In this document: one piece after another, positions 61,109 to 64,000 of the stretch
Layout of the letters: each line of letters opens with the position of its first letter
How positions within the stretch are numbered: the stretch's first letter is position 1
From: Clavelina lepadiformis
Taxonomy: Eukaryota
Direction of reading: 5' to 3'
DNA: 64,000 nucleotides
NCBI RefSeq assembly: GCF_947623445.1
Contig: NC_135246.1
Location: forward strand, 19,028,288-19,092,287
The notes under the pieces: model-generated
What the model saw: only the letters and a program-made list of their open reading frames with translations
Told to the model about the DNA's origin: nothing
The model's database searches: none
Program-made: the position numbers and the translations under genes

Positions 61109-61699
61109 ACGAGGACAACAAAGGTCAGTTGGTCAATGTCACAGTTTCGTTATTTCACCTTCAAGATTGTTACCATGTGTTATGAATGTGAACAAGTAAA
61201 ATAACGTTAATAACATCACAATAATGACATTCCATTTTGCAAAAGCGTTTCATAAAATGTTACTTTACGGTTTACTTCAATAGATATTTAACTGAAATTA
61301 GGTTTTACTTGACACAAAATGACTGGATGGTTTTGTTTAGAGCTGGGAGAAATTGATTCTTTCCATTAGAGGCGCAATGTAAATATATTTCATAATTTTA
61401 TTCACATGTTGTATGTGCAGTGTGACATCGTCACATTTTAGGTTTAGGTTCTTGATACGAGATACTTAAATTTCTTGCAATGTATCTAGTTTAGTTTTCT
61501 TTTTAACTTTTCTTTTAAGACTTTGTGCTTTCCCATAGCTTATCTACTTATTCATAAATGTGGGTTGGGTAAAGTATTTGGAGTAAAAGATTAATGTCAT
61601 TTGTTTAATCGCAATTAAAATAACAGCGTGATTGTGGCAACCTCTGCCTGGTGTAATATTGTGATGGTGATCACCTCTTGACACAACATTATTCATTTA

Positions 61700-62790
61700 A
61701 AATTTGTGTTCAATCAATTAATATGCGAAAAGTCTTTTCCATCCAACGTGTTAATTTCCCCCGTATCAGAGTTTGCTATTTCGTCCAGTTTTAAACTTCC
61801 ATTTAAATCGCAATTTACAAATTTCAATTTTACTTTGGAAAACTGGCAGGCACATTGTTAATGGTTTTCAATTATTACTTTTCAGTTGTGTATTAACATC
61901 ATATTTCAAACACTTCAAGAAATGAAGAACTTTAACTCTTGTTTAGGCTTCGCACAATGACAGCACAACGTATATCTGCATCAGCATGGCATAACTGATT
62001 GCAAACCTGTGCATATATTTTATCCGTTTGCATCAACGTATCTGCCCGAATTTTGTGTTCTATTTTTGTGAACCGGCGTCTTAAGATGTTTTATCAAGTT
62101 CGTGACTTTGAGATTATTATAAAAGTCGTATTTACTTCGAATTTACATAACTATATTCTCCTACGCATCGTTTTTTTGCCAAAATTTGCCATAAGCCACC
62201 AGTAGTGTCAAGTCCATATCGGAATTTATTTCTACATTTTTACCATATTTGCCACGTCCTAAAAGAGTTGCTTTGTTCGAGTTTGATTTTTTCAAATAAA
62301 ATAATTTTTGAATACGTGTGTGTAATTGAGCATCTTGTTATCAGCAGACGCAGATATCTACAGTAATAAGTTCTTTTACCTTTACTTTGCAGGCTTTGTA
62401 TCTGATCTGGAATAATCACTGATCTTTATAAACACTGTGGGGATAATCCGGCAATGCCACGATTTTGGCCAGAATTATGCGCAATATTTTAAGTAAGCAA
62501 GAGCGCAGAATGAGGGAGACTTGTTACTAGAAATGCAAATAACTGCGCATAAATTATATCAGAAACTTTTTTTTAATTCGGAAACATTTCCTTTAGCTTC
62601 TTGCTTCGTCTTTGATGAAAGTTTCCTTGTAAGCTCACTGCATTTCGTTTTGATGCCACCGTAGCACAAGAGCGCTTGCACCGATCCAGCATTTTGAAAA
62701 TTGTTGCAATATATAAAGACCATAAGCGTACATGTTTCTTTAAAAATATTACAATACGCGCTTTTTCCACTTCACCATGACTTATTCGCT
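61700..62790 (-). repeat. Outer segment of the right palindrome arm. It is the inverted copy of 18900-19800.
   Basis: See 18900-19800. ORF 62573-62770(-) lies in the block matching 18936-19133(+). Confidence 0.6.
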
Positions 62791-63084
62791 GAATTGTTAA
62801 AGTAATTTGTAATAGATTATTATGGTGTTATATATTGTCGCTATATATTATGTGCTATATATACTTTCTGATCTAAGGCTTAAAAAGTTGTTAAAACATG
62901 CTTTGCCGCATTTCGCAAAGAACAAGGATTATTATGTACAGTAAGGTTTGGAACGTGAACGGAAACAGAATTAAAAATATTAAAATAATAAACACACGCA
63001 CCGATCGCATACGACTTAGAGCTGATCGTGAAACCTCCAGTCAAAATAATACGCGAACATGGTGTTATTGTTGACATTCTATAG

Positions 63085-63584
63085 CAGGGGTGGCCAGACC
63101 TGCTTCATGCTCGAGCCGCATATAACAAATTCCAGTTTTAAAAGAGCCACAACACAAAACAATAAAAAACACGAATTTATTCAGTTACAACGAAGTGTAG
63201 CTATTGATAAACATTAGTGCTGCGTGGTGATACTATGAGTCTCCACCTGGGCTTCACCAACTCTTTTTGCAATTTACAATTATTAGTATAACCGTAACCA
63301 AGACTTAAAACTAGGTCAGCCCTGACGTACAGCTTCAATTTGACAGTTTACTTAACTACAGTGTACAAGTTAGCACACTTCTGTACAATAATGTCCTTTT
63401 TGGAGTGTAATTTGATTATTACTAACAATGAGTCCATTGTTACTACGTGTGATAGAACGCATTGCTTCATAATCTGATCAAACAACTCGTCTAGACCGGG
63501 AAAATTGCATGTCTAATTCAACAATGCTAATTCATTAAAGAGCCGCAATCAAAGGCTCAAAGAGCCGCAGTTTGGCCACCCCTG
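63085..63584. mobile_element. hAT-type MITE, 500 bp, of the same TIR family as 47636-47934
   Basis: The TIRs are CAGGGGTGGCCAGACCTGC... and ...GCAGTTTGGCCACCCCTG. It is flanked by a perfect 8-bp TSD TTCTATAG at 63077-63084 and 63585-63592. Confidence 0.7.
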
Positions 63585-64000
63585 TTCTATAGCAATGTAT
63601 TCTGCATATAAAATCATAATTGATCGCTCAAAAATTGTTAAAGTTTGAGATAACCTTTTAAAAGGCTGGAAGATTTTCATGGTTGAAGATAATGGGCCGC
63701 CTTCAGATTTTATCGATGTTTGAAGTTCATTTTCTTTCCTGGCAGCACCGTTTTGTACGGTAACCGTCACCCACCCAATATCAGGTTGCAAAGGTCAGTT
63801 CGATTATGACGTTATAACTTGAACACAGCAGCATGAACCAAGGAGGACTTATAATACCCGCTTTATAAGAAGATCAACGAATTGAAGCTTAAAGGGAAGA
63901 TTAAGAACTTTTAGTTCGTGTGAAGGTTCATGGTACAGACTATTCACAGAGCAGGCTACATACTACTATTTGTTGCTTTACTGGAATCTAACAACAGCTT

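Overview
This window is eukaryotic, most likely an AT-rich invertebrate metazoan. It is not prokaryotic: the genes have spliced exons with GT-AG introns, the tRNAs are cytoplasmic class-II types, and the repeats include MITEs and segmental duplications. There are three blocks.

(1) Positions 1 to ~13403 are a head-to-tail tandem array of a 2309-bp unit, about 5.8 copies, which appear base-identical. Each unit carries four minus-strand tRNA-Ser genes with anticodons AGA, CGA, CGA and TGA, themselves a nested 159-bp sub-repeat. Each unit also holds a 26-bp minisatellite, a tRNA-derived remnant and simple repeats. This gives 24 tRNA-Ser genes in all.

(2) ~13.4 to 16 kb holds the array flank: decayed DCP1-like gene fragments, and a 1.35-kb MULE-like non-autonomous DNA transposon with long subterminal repeat arrays and 8-bp target-site duplications (TSDs).

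(3) ~18.9 to 62.8 kb is a large palindrome-like inverted segmental duplication. The left arm (~18.9-31 kb) mirrors the right arm (~45.2-62.8 kb). The arms carry mirrored paralogues of a small 5-exon gene family encoding DCP1-like (mRNA-decapping enzyme 1, EVH1-fold) proteins of ~130-170 aa: P5 against P4, P1 against P2, plus P3 and fragments. Between the arms lies a multi-exon EHD (Eps15-homology-domain ATPase) gene on the plus strand, at least 8 coding exons from 33981 to 39606, with a transposon-derived ORF inside an intron. A 3.25-kb tandem duplication begins inside the last recognisable EHD exon. The region is littered with hAT-type and other MITEs.

I found no prokaryotic-style defence system or operon. 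The interesting biology is the tRNA-Ser mega-array, the palindromic amplification of the DCP1-like family, and the transposon insertions that date the duplications.
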